A DNA stretch of 64,000 bases from Octopus sinensis (GCF_006345805.1 NC_043004.1:82708001-82772000), one strand, 5' to 3'. Positions 12,400-26,465 are shown, counted from the stretch's first letter. A program made the numbers and translations. Notes: generated by a model not told the origin, from the letters alone.

Positions 12400-13240
12400 A
12401 GGACGATGTTATACTTTTTAGCCCCAGGAAAACATCTTTTGCAGCTGGCTACTTACACATGACCTGTGTCTTTATAGTGTGAGCAAGGGAGTCTACTGCT
12501 CCTTTCTGGCTATTTTCTCTTCGTCTGTACAGGATAGCCACTTGCTATAGATAGCAGCCACTCGCTCTTACTCACAGTATATACGTTTTGAAGTCGTAGA
12601 TATCGTAAAGACGAAAAGCAACTAATAGCAGTTCCTCCATTTGACTTCCACCACACAACCTGGGTGACCTGAATAGCTGGGCTGATAAATTGCTCTAACA
12701 TTTCTTGGTTTGGGGCACTTGCCTCCTTCAGAACCCTGCCTCTCTCATCCTCGTAGACGCAGGGTCCGATTGTTTTTTCCGAAATTAACCAACACCAAAC
12801 TGTGGCTTTATGTCAATGCAATTGGCCTGATGGATGGCTCCCGGATTTTTACAGTAGCAGAAAATGCAGTGTTGCCTATTGCTGCATCCATTGATGTAAA
12901 AATAGGTTTTATTGTTCAAGATAATTCCGTGACGTAATTCATTGTCGTAATTCATATCGTGTAAATGAAGAGCATAATTTTTTCGTGGCTGGTAATGGAA
13001 CTGCTTCACCTCTTGCACAGATTGCACCTTACATGGGTATATATATGCAAAGACCTTTGATGTCACTGGAAGCTAATTGGAACGGCGTCTGGTGGATGTT
13101 TTTGCATCTTGCTGAAAGCTTTGTTCCACGTGATTTCTACTTTGCGAAATTCGAATGGAACGTGGCCACCTATCTAGTGGCAAGTTAACAACAGAACCCT
13201 ATTTGGAATTGAAATATTAGACGAGTGCCATCTTCGTCTT
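12400..13240 (-). mobile_element. Tc1/mariner-superfamily transposase relic
   Basis: Minus-strand frames: TVWCWLISEKTIGPCVYEDERG (IGPYFFE-type motif) and MLEQFISPAIQ..VWWKSNGGTA (QQDGATAH-like). Confidence 0.65.
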
Positions 13241-13249
13241 TTAAGCCCA

Positions 13250-13900
13250 GAGGGGGAGGAGAGGATACAGTAGAAATGATAGATAGAGGGAGGTAGAGAA
13301 GAAGAAACACAGAAGGGGGAACAGGGAAAGAGAGAGGGAGATATGAAGGATAGAGATAGGGTGATATGAAGAAAGAGAAAGCGGGTGTAGGATGATAGCA
13401 AGACAGAGAGAGGTAGAGATGGGGGAGAGAAAGAGAGATAGAAGGAGGGAAATGAGGGGAAGAGAATTTAGAAACAGAGTGAGGGAGAGGATTGGGAGAG
13501 AAAGGGAGAGAGAGTAAAGGTTGTATGATGTGAGGGAAATGAGAGACGGAGTGAGAAGAGGGGAAATAAGAAGTATATGAGAGAGAGGATGAAGTGATAG
13601 GAAGAGACGTAAATATTGAGAGAGACAAACGGAAAGAGAAGTGAGAAAAGGAGGAAGATATGAAAGGGAGGGAGAGAGCTGAGAAAAAGAGGAAGATATG
13701 AAAGAGTGAGGGGGCGAGGTAGGTTTAAACAGAGATAAAGGGAGGGAGAGAGAAGCGGGAAGGAAGGAATATATGTGTGGGGATGATATAGAAGAGAGGA
13801 AGCGGTAGGTATAGAAGAGAAAGGGGAAGCCGGTAACGAAGATACATTGGGAAGCGAAAAGAAAAATTTATAAATCTAGGTGAAGCAAAAGAGATAAAGG
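13250..13900. repeat. GA-rich polypurine low-complexity tract
   Basis: Almost all A/G on the + strand. Confidence 0.85.
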
Positions 13901-14419
13901 GAAAAAAAAGAAGCGATAGAATGTAAACGAAGGGTTCGTTGTAAGAAACGTTTAATGAACAATTATAGTACTAGAGAAAGAAAGTGTCACCGTAAATTCT
14001 GAGAATGTAAACCAAGAGTAAGACTTACCACAAATTTTCATCCGGTATTACCACAGAAAAAAGGAAAGAAACAAAATGAGAAGGATACTTATTCGCAAAG
14101 TAAAATCCCAATCCTTGTTCTTGTGTGAAGTTTTCTTTCAAAAACAATATTTTTTCTACTCACACGTCGCCGCAAATGAAAGTACAATTTATGACTACGT
14201 GATTTTTCGAGGATAATTCTAGCTTGCGTCACTGAATGATATGTACTGTATAAAACTTTTTACGTATTTTTAAAACAGCTATATTATAGTAGACCGTTAT
14301 GAAATAATAACATTTTTGTCAGGTTTAGGAGATTTTTTGTAGATTTATGGAATCCGTTTTGGTTGTTTCGAGAGAACGAAAACGCACGTCTTTGCTCAAA
14401 GAAACCGGTAGCACGAATA

Positions 14420-14610
14420 TATGATACAAATTTTGAAAAGAAATTTAAAACAATTTTCAAAGGATTTCAACAAAAGTGAAGAAAAACATTTCAAAAGACT
14501 GACAAAAATTTTCAAAAAATTTTCAAAGACTTTTGAAAAAAAATTTTGAAGGATTATGACAAAAATTTTGAAAAACTTTTCAAAGTATTTTGACAAACAT
14601 TTTGAAAACA
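14420..14610. repeat. Degenerate TTTTCAAA/TTTTGAAA tandem repeat
   Basis: Recurrent aattttcaaa/ttttgaaa units. Confidence 0.6.
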
Positions 14611-14639
14611 TTCTAGGAATCCAGAATAGAGGGAGATTT

Positions 14640-15320
14640 AGTTAGAAAGCAAGAAGAGGCATATAGAAGAGACATAGTGACCGACATACTGGCGACGAAA
14701 TTGGCAATTGATCAATTGCTCGATGCCAAACACGATGGCTACTTTGCTAGAGCTACAGTGCTTGCTCTTAGAAACGAGCTGATGAATGCTGTTCGATTGA
14801 CCCTGTAGCAGAGGGGAAACTTGATAACAGAACCACAATTCGCTGCTTCATGTGCTCGGTTACTAGAGTCGGAGGAAATATGTGCAACAGCCGAATTTTT
14901 CAGAAATGTAGGGAGCACAACACGGGTGAGGGGCGAAGTGTGGATTTCTCCTACACCGACAGCATGTTGCGCCTCTCGGCCAAGGATACAGAAGTCTACG
15001 AAATGTAAATAACATCGGAAAATGTGGTGGCTATGGTGACTGGTTGCATAAGAGAGACGTTTCCATGGCTGGATGGTCTTCTCTTTGTGCTTTATCTTTA
15101 TATGCTTGACTTAGTCGGTGAAGGTCTACCGCAACTGACAACAGAGTGGGAGAATTCTCAGTGCTGTGACCCGTGGTGCGTTGACGCGTTGGTGGCAGCT
15201 AAGAAAGACCCCGAACAAGGACGAAATTGGTAACTTTATGCCCATAACTTTGCTAAACGTAGATTATCAAGTTTCGACTAAAGTGCTAGACAAGAGTTGA
15301 GCTCTTGTCGCTATGCCAAA
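14640..15320 (+). mobile_element. Degraded L1/Tx1 LINE ORF2 fragment
   Basis: QLLDAKHDGYFARA, WLDGLLFVLY, KKDPEQG and GNFMPITLLNVDY align with ORF2 of the 21.4-26.9 kb element. Confidence 0.7.
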
Positions 15321-16129
15321 CAGTTCTAATCACAAGAACCTCTACCACATGCAATAGGAGGAAAGGGAGGAGAAAAGGGAACAAGCATTCTGAATACAAT
15401 TTCCGCCAGATTAAATTTTCTCGTTGAAATTTCTGTGGTCGATAAAATAGACTCCCAATGAAATACTTGCATCAATGAACTCACTCCCACACAGAAGAAA
15501 GCTTTCATTTTGCTCACCGATTCCAAAAACATTTATTAGAAACTATAACTAATAAACTAGTAACAGTCTCTCTTTACAAGTTACTCTTCAAAGAGAAACA
15601 AAACCAAGCCTTTGCAACTGGAAACATTTCTTCCTTATATATGAGTTTGTAAACGGAAAGGAAAGTGAAACAATTTTCCTATGGTCAAATGGAAAATCGT
15701 ATTTTTTAAATATGATTTTTTTATCGTTAACTTATTTCAGTTACTAGACTGCGGCCATACTGGAACACCACCTTGAAGACTTTCAGTAGAACCCAGTGTT
15801 TAACTTTTAAAGCCGGGCGCTTACTCTGTCACTCTTTTTGATGAAGCATTAAATCATAGAAATGAAGGCAAATCAACACCAGTTCTCAAGAGGTAGTTGC
15901 GCACAGACACACGCACACACATTGTTTGTTCCTTCTCGAGCCACGCCTGTCTCATAAGGGCCCTTTTCCCGGTCTCATTGGCGTATAGGCTCCCCACCTG
16001 GGGACGGGACGCCGGTCCATCGCAGGTGAGATGCAAGATGCTGGAGGAAAGAGTAAGAAAAAGTTGTGGCGAAAGAGTCAGCAGAATTTCGCCATTACCT
16101 TCTGCTGGAGCCGTGTGGAGCTTAGGTGT

Positions 16130-16365
16130 TTCGCTCATAAACACATACATCACCCGGTCTGAGATTCGACCACGAGCCGCTGCTCTAACCACTAGGTCAT
16201 ATGCCTCCACCCACACACACACACATACACAAACATATATATATATATATATATTGGCCTGCTCGCTTCATCAGCGGGGTGGCGTCATTTGAAGGCTAAA
16301 AACAATGCGAAGCGCATTGTGACCAGCGATGTGTAGCAACCGATCTGATAGCCTGGTCGGTCACG
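16130..16365 (-). mobile_element. tRNA-derived SINE fragment (third family)
   Basis: Reverse-complement head with TAGTGGTTAGAG A-box-like and GTCGAATCTC B-box-like motifs. Confidence 0.5.
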
Positions 16366-16423
16366 GTGATATATATATATATATGTATATATATGTGTGT
16401 GTGTGTGTGTATGTATGCATGTA

Positions 16424-16462
<39 letters not shown>

Positions 16463-16483
16463 GTGTGTGTGTATGTATGTATG

Positions 16484-16554
<71 letters not shown>

Positions 16555-16555
<1 letters not shown>

Positions 16556-16685
16556 CGACTGGCTACTTTCGGTTTCCGTTTCCCAAATCTATTTACAAGG
16601 TTTTGGTCAACCCGAGGCTAGAGCAGAAGACAGTTCCCATATATTCGGGAAGCAAACTTCTTACTACACAGCTACCCATACTTTT
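16555..16685 (-). mobile_element. SINE family B fragment
   Basis: TTTCCGTTTCCCAAATC...GGTCAACCCGAGGCTAGAG...GGAAGCAAACTTCTTAC. Confidence 0.65.
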
Positions 16686-16920
16686 GTATAAATACATGCT
16701 ATATAAGTCTAAATAATCCAGTTCTTTATTATATTAAGGTAACAGATTGAACAATTTTCACTGTGTTAAGGTACATCTTCAGAATATTCATAACGTCGCA
16801 TAAACGTGATTAGATAGGAGACTAATACTTTGCAAGGTTTCGAAAACTTGATGTAAAGCTATATACATTAAAAAAGATTAATGTATACATACACACAACC
16901 TACCATATAGACACATACGT

Positions 16921-17317
16921 ATACTCTTTACTCTTTACTCTTTTACTTGTTTCAGTCATTTGACTGCGGCCATGCTGGAGCACCGCCTTTAGTCGAGCAA
17001 ATCGACCCCGGGACTTATTCTTTGTAAGCCCAGTACTTATTCTATCTGTCCCTTTTGCCGAACCGCTAAGTGACGGGGACGTAAACAAACCAGCATCGGT
17101 TGTCAAACACAGACACACAAACACACACATATATGTATATATATATATATATACGACAGGCTTCTTTCAGTTTCCGTCTACCAAATCCACTCACAAGGCA
17201 TTGGTCGGCCCGGGGCTATAGCAGAAGACACTTGCCTAAGGTGCCGCGCAGTGGGACTGAACCCGGAACCATGTGGTTGGTTAGCAAGCTACTTACCACA
17301 CAGCCACTCCTGCGCCT
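16921..17317 (-). mobile_element. tRNA-derived SINE family B, near full length
   Basis: Reverse-complement head AGGAGTGGCTGTGTGGTAAGTAGCTTGC...GGGTTCAGTCCC (A/B boxes), internal microsatellite, TCATTTGACTGCGGCCATGCTGGAGCACC tail. Confidence 0.85.
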
Positions 17318-17604
17318 ATGTACATATATATACACTAAAACATCACGTTGCATAAGGAGAACAAAACAATCACCAGATACGCTATCTTTAATTAAGTGTT
17401 CACGCTCTTATATCCTCATATATCTTTCTTTTAAGAAAGATAATTGCTGTTCATTTTATGAGGCAGATATAATGAAAGCTTTTAGTCAACTAATGCACGT
17501 CAATTTGGAAACAATGCCTGGTATAATACAAATTAGTAGATAAAAATATAACATCGAGATGCTGCTTACTGCACTCGATAAAATCGATACAGCTAAAATA
17601 TTCA

Positions 17605-17735
<131 letters not shown>

Positions 17736-17760
17736 TTGTCTGTCTGTCTATATAAATATA

Positions 17761-17807
<47 letters not shown>

Positions 17808-17897
17808 CGTGTTTGTATGTTCGTGTGTGTGTGTGTACGTACGTAAATATTAATATCAATATTCCCTTTCGTCTATTCGTAAAAACATTAAGAGTCG

Positions 17898-17959
<62 letters not shown>

Positions 17960-18224
17960 AATTCTAATACCTCTTAAGAAGCTTAGGACTTACTTGACTA
18001 ATTGATATCAATATAATATTGACTTCTTACCTATTGTACAACGGACAGTCTCAGAAGACTAACAAAAGAAAGACACACAAACATAGAAAGCGGTACAACA
18101 CATTATAAAAGAAAAGGCGAACGACTAGAAAAGTAACAAAGAAATACACCTTGTGTGGTTTGCACTAGGTATTGTAGTTGTTGATATAGAAGCAGCTTGT
18201 GAAGGAGAGATCATTCTAAAAGAT

Positions 18225-19174
18225 ATGCAACTTAAAAAAACAAAATTCTTTAAAATGATGGAATTATACCGAAAGATTAATAATATCAGGTTATCAATTG
18301 CGAATATTCCATCTTTGAATTCGTTGAAATTAAGCTCAATCTGTTTTGATGCCATTTCCACATTGTATCTAATACATTTGATTGCTTTTCCCATTCACAA
18401 TATTTTTCATTTTATACTATTTGAAGGTAACACAAACGATCAAATATTTGTATATAGTTATTCAACATTTTTGCAGTGCTTCCTTTCACTGTATAATCTG
18501 ATAAAGATCTTCAGAAACTTTAAAGAGGAACAAGTAATTGAAGCATTTGGCGAACTTATAATTCAAGAAGATGATAAAAATTTCTACAATTGTAAATCAA
18601 TTCATTCCTATAAATTACTCTGTGGAATTTTGTTCTTGTTTATTACTAGCTACCTTTTTCTGTTTTACACGTTTGTGTACATCAGTAATGATGTTCGGAG
18701 TTTCTTAACATACCCAGTTCCACACAGCAATTCGTTTCAATGGCTAATTGTAACAATACATGCTTTATTTAACAGTATGTCAATTGCGTCCGTGATATTT
18801 GATTGCTATATAAACTTTACAATGGGGATTACACTAATATATGAGTTTAACAAAATAGCGAATGAAGCTCGGATATACACAGAAAATCAACTCAACACTT
18901 CATATTTCTTTAAGAAATCTAAAGAGATTACAGAAATATGTAACACTCATGATACTCTGAGTACAATACTGAAATTAGCAAATGAATCATTTCAGATACC
19001 TTCGGGTTTTATCGTATTCGCTAGTAATATTGGAAGTTGTATAACAACTTACGGAGCTATAAATGGCTCATTTCGAAATATATCCTTAACATACATTTAC
19101 TTTGCATTTCTAATAATTTTGGCCTAACTTACTTGATAATAATGGTTTGGACTGGAGTTCGTCTAAATAATTCG
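18225..19174 (+). pseudogene. GR-like chemoreceptor exon copy 4, 1-nt deletion in TM6 (pseudo-exon or assembly error)
   Basis: 950 nt from ATG to donor, not a multiple of 3. ORF stops at 19127; WTGVRLNNS|GTAAG continues in another frame. Deletion is near 19118 relative to copy 3. Confidence 0.75.
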
Positions 19175-19582
19175 GTAAGTTACATAATATATTTATATCA
19201 TTCTTACACACACTCGTTATAATTCCCTCAACTGGTTATTCAAATGCTTCTTCTGTTAGAATTTCCGGCATCAGAAAATAAGGTGGATTAGTAGATTCGT
19301 TAATGGGATTATAGAATGTATTGTCATCTTCCTCGGCTTTCTGTAATCAGATATCTTCTTCCATTAATACCCTGCCTGTGATTTATCTTTCCAGGCTGCA
19401 TTATTAAAACAGGACTGAAATACAGAGTGAAATACTCATCTGTCTGTACCCGTCTATGTTTTATTCCCACGGTCTTTTTATCACTCATTCAGACTCTCAA
19501 TCTCTCTCTGTCTCATATTTTTATCTGAAACTTAGCTACAATTCGTCGGAAGATGTGTCATGATGAAGCCACAAAAAATATA

Positions 19583-20062
19583 TATTTCTTTATTGCCCAC
19601 AAGGGGCTACACACAGAGGGGACACACAAGGACTGACAAAGGGATTAAGTCGATTACATCGACCCCAGTGCGAAACTGGTACTTTATTTATCGACCCCGA
19701 AAGGATGAAAAGCAAAGTCGACCTCGGCGGAATTTGAACTCAGAACGTAACGACAGACAAAATACTGCTAAGCATTTCGCCCGGCGCGCTAACGTGTCTG
19801 CCAGCTCGTCGCCCCATCCGCACAAAATATAGTTTTCTTTACAACCAACAAGGGGCTAAACACAGAGGGGACGAAAAAGGACAGACAAACGGATTAAGTG
19901 GATTACATCGACCCCAGTGCGTAACTGGCACTTAATTTATCGACCCCGAAACGATGAAAGGCAAAGTCGACCTCGGCGTAATTTGAACTCAGAACGTAAC
20001 GACAGACAAGATACCGCTTAGCATTTCGCCCGGTGAGCTAATGTTTCTGCCAGCTCGCCGCC
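19583..20062 (-). mobile_element. Two tandem SINE family A copies
   Basis: Two reverse-complement copies ending CCAGCTCG(T/C)CGCC. Confidence 0.85.
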
Positions 20063-20260
20063 CTATCCACGCAAAATACAGTTAATTTGACAATGTCAAT
20101 GATGAATTCGTAATCAGGACATCATGGAACGAAAGCGACTCTTACGTATGCAATGTCAGTAACAGCTAACAATTATCAATGTGATATCCTTTATTTAGGC
20201 ACATGGCCTTTATAAAGAGGGGACACCACAAGGACAGACAAAACAAGACAATGGCGTACA

Positions 20261-20647
20261 TCTCTCTATATATAAAGCTGATGTTGTCTGTGTATGACAG
20301 GTTTGGTGGCCTTCAACTAACACTATCTCCTCCGAGACCCTGCGGCGCAAGTTGACGATAATTGAAAATATGATAGAAGGCTTGCTCTTACTTCCGTAGA
20401 AGAAAATATTCAAATCGGACCATGTTAACACCAAAAATTATTTACATCAAAAATATGCTTTTTTCTATGAAAATCCCTATTTTTTACGATTATTTGACTG
20501 CTGTGTTGCCATTTTTCGGTGTATTTAAACCAGAAAAATGTTCACTTAAAGACAATAACAAGCTACATAATAAAAAAATTTACTTTTCAAAAATTCCAAT
20601 TCTAAAGGGCCGAAACGAACCCTAGCAACACCGGGCGATACTGCTAG
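20261..20647 (+). mobile_element. Non-autonomous Helitron
   Basis: 5' TC(TCTCTATATATAAAG), 3' GC-rich subterminal motif plus CTAG, inserted at A|T. Second copy inverted at 42356-42749. Confidence 0.75.
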
Positions 20648-20974
20648 TATGTATATATATCGGATGATTTATGAATATGATGAAAATGAAGATGAAATGA
20701 CTTACTTGCCCCTCCCCCGCTCAAGCAAGTAGCTTCGTTTTACTATTTCTTTTAAATTATAGTTTTACTTTGCAGTCTTGTCTCTTTTCTTTAACACAAA
20801 ATTACAACAAATACTGCATTATATCGTAAAAATTACAACAGCCGGCAGTTCGTCGTATCTATACTGAAATGGTATTACTTCAAACTCTTTCTTTCTTTCA
20901 AAATAGTTCTACTAACCTCTCCCCTCTTTCTCTCTCCAACAACACGCCCTTCTTACCATCATGGTTTGTCATTT

Positions 20975-21191
20975 TCACTCTCTTTTACTGTTTTACTTGT
21001 TTCAGTCATTTGACAGCGACCATAGCTGGAGCACAGCCTTTAGTCAAGCAAATCGATCCCAGGACTTATTCTTTGTAAGCCTAGTACTTATTCTATCGGT
21101 CTCTTTTGTTGAACCGCTAAGTTACGGGGACGTAAACACACCAGCGTCGGTTGTCAAGTGATGTTGGGGGAACAAATACAGAAACACAAAC

Positions 21192-21256
<65 letters not shown>

Positions 21257-21416
21257 CACACACATACATATATACGACGGACTTCTTTCAGTTTCCGTCT
21301 ACCAAATCCACTCACAAGGCTTTATTTGGCCCGATGCTATATTAGAAGACACTTGCCCAAGGTGCCACGCAAGTGGAAATGAACCCGGAACCATGTGGTT
21401 CGTAAGCAAACTACTT
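20975..21416 (-). mobile_element. SINE family B, left part (interrupted by L1/Tx1; remainder at 26896-26933)
   Basis: Stops at GTAAGCAAACTACTT and resumes after the LINE as GTTAGCAAGCTACTTACCACACAG. Confidence 0.8.
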
Positions 21417-21727
21417 TATTTCATATAATTTGCCATTTAGGCATTTACAAAGAGGGGACAGACAAGGACAGACAAATATAAAGGGTGAAGTAGCTTAACA
21501 CAGTTAAAATTTTCGAATGAAATTACGGATAAGATTATAAACAATGAATTTTACGACGACAATGTTTAAAAATATTACTTAATGATCATGTCGAAGGACA
21601 GACACCCATTATCCGGGTAGAACGTTTACTTTTTGATCCGTCACACTTACCTGGTGCCAAACATACCCAGCTTGCATGCCACAGGCTTCCATCTTTTCAC
21701 AAACATATCTCGTGACAGACACCTCTT

Positions 21728-24700
21728 TTACAGCCTGATTTTGCTACTGAAGTGGTAACTAAAAAAGTTAATCAACCCCTGGCCGGAGACAAAGGTGCCT
21801 GTCACTATACCTTTCGTACACGTCTTCCATACTGTTTCTTTCAGTATGGCTACTACACAGAAAAAACAAGCCTTTCTTTCCCTGTTAAGGAAAGGTGGCG
21901 GCACAATCTCGATGATAGACTCAGCTGATAGCTGTACTCTTCCCATCACTGACAACAGTTGTTCGGCAACAGCTATCAGTCCCGATAACTCCGGACACTC
22001 CACGAATGCGTGCAAGACGGTTTCCCTATCCCACTCACATCGCGGGCATGTCGGTGAGACGGCACTTCCGTGCCTTGACAGCTTGTCGCGAACAGGTAAA
22101 GCCGCACGGAAACACTGCCAGGCCAGGGATTTCTGGTAATTATCCAGATACCCCGGCCCGAACGTCCTCCGGAACAAGTTGACCAACTGATTTTCATCGC
22201 AGCCCAGGGTCTCCCCCAAGGCGTCTTCTGACATAAGTTCCACTAACCCACTATAGAAATCCGTGGTGGAACTCCTGTTGCCGGCGTTGCCCGCCCGAGA
22301 ATGTAGCTGGAGCGCCTGATGGCACTCCAAATGCCATTCACCCAGTTTAGGTCTCCGCTTGATCCATGCACCGATGTCCGTTAGGGATGTTAACTGGGGA
22401 AGGTAGAACCGGACGTGCGGTGACCACACCTGCTCTCCATCCAGGTAAAGCCAGAGGTGCCTCAACCTTAACGCGAGTTTTCGTATCCTCAGCAAAGGCA
22501 TCCCTAGCCCACCCTTTAGCGGTTTCTGGCAGCAGACAGAGCGCTTTACTAGTGGCTTTCCTCCTTTCCACAAAAAGCGGCAAAGGATTCTCTCCAACTT
22601 GTTCAGCCACAAATCGGGGCAAGGCACCACGGTCAGACGGTAGGTGATTACTGATGCTATAAACATCTGCACCACCTCCGCCTTCCCTAGCAGGGATAAC
22701 GCCCGCCCAGACCAGATCTGGGTTAGAGCGGTCACCTTGCTGGCCACCTCACTCCAATTTTTCTCTATCTGGAGGTCTGGGCCAATCCAGACGCCGAGCA
22801 GCTTAACAGGACCTTCCGTCCAACGCCACACGATGTTATTGGACGGCATCGGCTTGCACCTCCAAGTGCCGAGTTGCAAACCGACCGACTTGTCCTTGTT
22901 AACCTTTGCTCCTGCCACCGCCTCGTAGCTTTTGATGGCCTCTTCCACCACTGGAAGCTGGCCTTCGTCTGCCACGATTATGGAGGTGTCATCCGCATAC
23001 GCCGTAGCTCCTCTTCCACACCATAGATCATGCGGCGCGCCCCCTAGTGCCTCCAACTTCCGCAGCAAAGGCTCAAGAGCCAATACGTATAGGAGCGAGG
23101 ACAGAGGACACACCTGACGAACTGAACGCTCGATCCTGAACGGCTTCGAAAAGAAACCGTTCACCTTGACTACAGACTCGATGTCGCTATACAGAGCAGC
23201 GATCCATCCTCGAAAGGTCGGGCCTAGGCCAGCCTCTCCGAGGACCGCCGCCAAGTACCGATGGTCGACCCTATCAAATGCTTTGGACTGGTCTAAATGT
23301 ACCAGTGCTCCCCCTGCGGCAGAAAGCTTCCCCACTCTCTCTAACGAGTAGCGTATAAGGTGGAGATTGTCGTGGATCGTTCTGCCAAGGATAGCGCACG
23401 TTTGCGCTTCCCCGACAAGTTTGTCCAACCTTTTTGCTAGCACCTTAGCCAGAATATTTAACTCTGTGTTCAACAGAGTTATGGTCCTGAAGTTCCCTAT
23501 CTCGTCCCCCTTGCACGGGTCCTTCCTGAACAACGTCACCACCCCTCGGCTCGCAGACTTGGGAATTCTCCCATTCTGCTGTCAGTTGGCGTAGACGCTA
23601 GCCAGCAGGTGCCCGAACAAGTCTGGCAAACTTTTATAAAATTCATAGGGCAGACCATCGAGACCCGACGACTTCTCCCCGGGGCACTTGTCCAACACCT
23701 CGATTACTTCCTCGGCTGTGATTGGCCCTTCACAGAACTCAGCCTCTCGTGTCGAGAGACGCGGGCCACCAGACAGGAAGTCCCTAAGGGCCTCACCATG
23801 ATCCAGCGTCCCACACCCCCCGAACAACTCGGCGAAGTGCTTGTGAAGTGCCTCACACGTCTCGTCTCGCTTCTTGACCGTGCATCCGTTTTCATCAACA
23901 AGAGACCCAATTGTGGCATCGTTGCCACGCTGTGTTTCTATTGTACGGGCCCATCCGGCAACATTAATTCCCTCACGGCCCAATGCTCGTACTTTAGCCC
24001 GAACTCTACATCCCTCTTGTTTGGTTTTGAGGTGACGGTCTAATGCCGTTCTCGCTGCTAAAATGTGAGATGCAGAGCCCAACCTCAACGCCTCCTCACA
24101 GTTCATAACTAGTTGCCAATCTATTCTAGCCCTATCTAGTCTTAGTTGTTTACTAAATGTAACGGACTCGAATCGAATGGCTGTTTTGAGGGCAAACCAC
24201 CACCGGTTATTAACCACGGCTCCGGTTAACGCCCTCTGCACTAACTCCTTAATCCGGCTACAGTATGTCTCGTGAGTCAAAATAGACTTGTTCAGCTTCC
24301 AGTAGCCGGTTCCTATCTTAAGTGTGCTATCTATGTCCAGTCTACACTTGACCATTCTATGGTCAGTATAGAGCACCTGGACGAGCTGTGGACAACTAAA
24401 ACTAGACTTATCTCTAGTTCTTATCACTATCCTGTCTAGATAAGACTTGAACTTTCCGTCGCCACTCATCCAAGTCCACTCTGGGACGTTCGGATGGTCA
24501 AGTCTGTAACGATCTGCCAGCTGAAACCGCTTAAGCAGATCCACGAGACGTGAGTTCACTTTCCTATAGATCGAGCCAACGCTATCGATGTGTACGTCAA
24601 CGATAGCATTAAAGTCCCCTAATACCACTAAACTCTTCGACGTCACGAGAAAGCCCTCTAGGCGCCGATAAAAATCAGTTTGGAAACCTCTAGCACAAGG

Positions 24701-25036
24701 TGCATAGAGTCTGATCAACCTGAAGGCCTTACTGCTGTATGTCACATCAAGGACGACCAGCCCACCTTCTGGGTCCACATAGACTGTACTTGTCTGCAGA
24801 GCCAAGTCTTTACGGATCAGTACCACTACACCCCATCGCCCTCCGGTCTGGCCAGGAGACATGATTTTCTCGTAGCCATTCAGGAGAGATGAGAAGGTTT
24901 GTAGGCTGTCCAGCTTGGTTTCTGTAGCAACCATCACATGTATATCATGTGATCTGAGGTCGTCGAGGAAACAAGCCTGCTTCCACTTCGAACTCAAACC
25001 ACGCACATTTAAATAACCAAGGTTAAGAGAAGCCAT
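21728..25036 (-). pseudogene. L1/Tx1 ORF2 (APE-RT-ZnF) with one in-frame TGA at 23582-23584
   Basis: LNVRGL, TETK, GDFNA, SYLDRI, YTDH; LDQSKAFDRV, RQVCPLS, YADD; CPRCEWDRETVLHAFVEC. The two listed ORFs are in frame across VYAN*QQNG. Confidence 0.88.
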
Positions 25037-25613
25037 TACAAAAAGTAAAAGTTCTACTTACGTTTCGTTGGAGAGGTTAGGGCCGACCTCACCACACATT
25101 TGTGGGCCCCTTCTTTCTCCTCCTTCTTCAGATAGTCCGGCAAGTTTGCGATACGCCGGATGGCCTGTGGGTGTCTGTCTTTTAATCGTTTGAACGTTGT
25201 TTCCGCAATCCACGCACATCTTTCGTTTCAATCTTTGTGTTTGTTGTAGTCTTGCTGTGTGATGCGGAACCACAATATCGTTTATATATTTGTTTTGTGT
25301 ATCATATTCAATTAATATGAGTTCATTTTTTTTGTATTCCTTTTCTGGGCCAGTTGGGCGGGATTTTTTTTGGTGTCGGTTGTGTGTCTTTGTTTTTATT
25401 ATTTTTCATAGGGGATGTGAACGGGGATGATGCACGAATTATTTTACGAACTGTTGTAAATACCCCCTCTGATACCTCCATGGTATCGTCTGGGGTAGCA
25501 ATATTTTGTTCAGTAGGCGCCGCAGTTTTTAACGGGGTGGGAGGTTTTAATAATGTAGGGGTTTGTGAGTGCAAGGGCTGGGTTTTTTGTCAGTTTGTTT
25601 TGGGGTTGGCACC

Positions 25614-26465
25614 TTAACAGCAGGAGTGGGACTTTTTGTTTTTGTAGGGGTAGGTGAGTTTGCAAGGGTAGCGATTTTTTTTATTATCTGAGGGGCCTGG
25701 TGTCTGCGGTTTCTTTTGCTTGTCTGGACAGTCTACACGAATGTGACCCTTTTTGCCGCAGGCGTAACAGGTGGGTTTTCGGCCTTCGACCTGTACCCTG
25801 AGGGCCACATTCTCGCCCACGTACACCCTCTCACGAAGGACCTGCAGGTCATCCTGTGTTCCTTGAATTATTACATTAATGTCTCGCCCAAGCCAATATT
25901 GAGGGGCAGAGCATGTTACCTGTAATATTTTAATTTTGTCCGTCCTTTTATATAACAGAGCGGCCACTACATCTACGGGATCTACTTCCGGCGGTGCTTC
26001 TGCAATCCTGACCCGGGACGTCCTGCGTCCCCTATAGGTTGGCAGAAGTACCACCTCATTGGTTTTTAGGGGATTCACAGAATACCCGCGGGCCACCTCT
26101 TCCCCCGAGAAGTGGACCTCCACAGTGCCATATGCCCGTCCGCTGGCGATGTACACAATGTCCTTCCAAATCGGGGACAGGCATTTCTCGATAGTATTCT
26201 TTTCAAAGTGTTTGAACCTTCTGCTTTGTGGACAGAAGGTTTTAAACACTACGGTCCGCTTCTCGGTCTCCACGATACTGGCGGAGGGTGATATTTTAAC
26301 ATCACCACCCTCCTCTTTCATTCTTTTGAATAGCTCGACGAGCTGATTGACATTGATGTCAATGTTCTCGGTTGCCACTGCGGCTACCGCCGAAAATCTT
26401 TTACTACAGTTATCAACATTGCTCTCCTCTAGAGCACTGTTTTCGTGAATAATCTCAACAGACAT
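25614..26465 (-). CDS. L1/Tx1 ORF1 (CCHC zinc knuckle), frameshifted tail to ~25058
   Basis: CYACGKKGHIRVDC motif; ATG at 26465 (MSVEIIHE). Confidence 0.8.
   Translation of the reverse strand: MSVEIIHENSALEESNVDNCSKRFSAVAAVATENIDINVNQLVELFKRMKEEGGDVKISPSASIVETEKRTVVFKTFCPQSRRFKHFEKNTIEKCLSPIWKDIVYIASGRAYGTVEVHFSGEEVARGYSVNPLKTNEVVLLPTYRGRRTSRVRIAEAPPEVDPVDVVAALLYKRTDKIKILQVTCSAPQYWLGRDINVIIQGTQDDLQVLRERVYVGENVALRVQVEGRKPTCYACGKKGHIRVDCPDKQKKPQTPGPSDNKKNRYPCKLTYPYKNKKSHSCC

Noticed and set aside
16921-17317. SINE heads as tRNA genes
   Set aside because: A/B boxes are present but there is no full cloverleaf, and they run into SINE bodies in many copies.
20190-20260. Short L1/Tx1-like 3' tail as a third site-specific insertion
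   Set aside because: It resembles the 21.4-kb 3' UTR but is not flanked by the SINE B target. It is too short to assign and a mild caveat to strict specificity.
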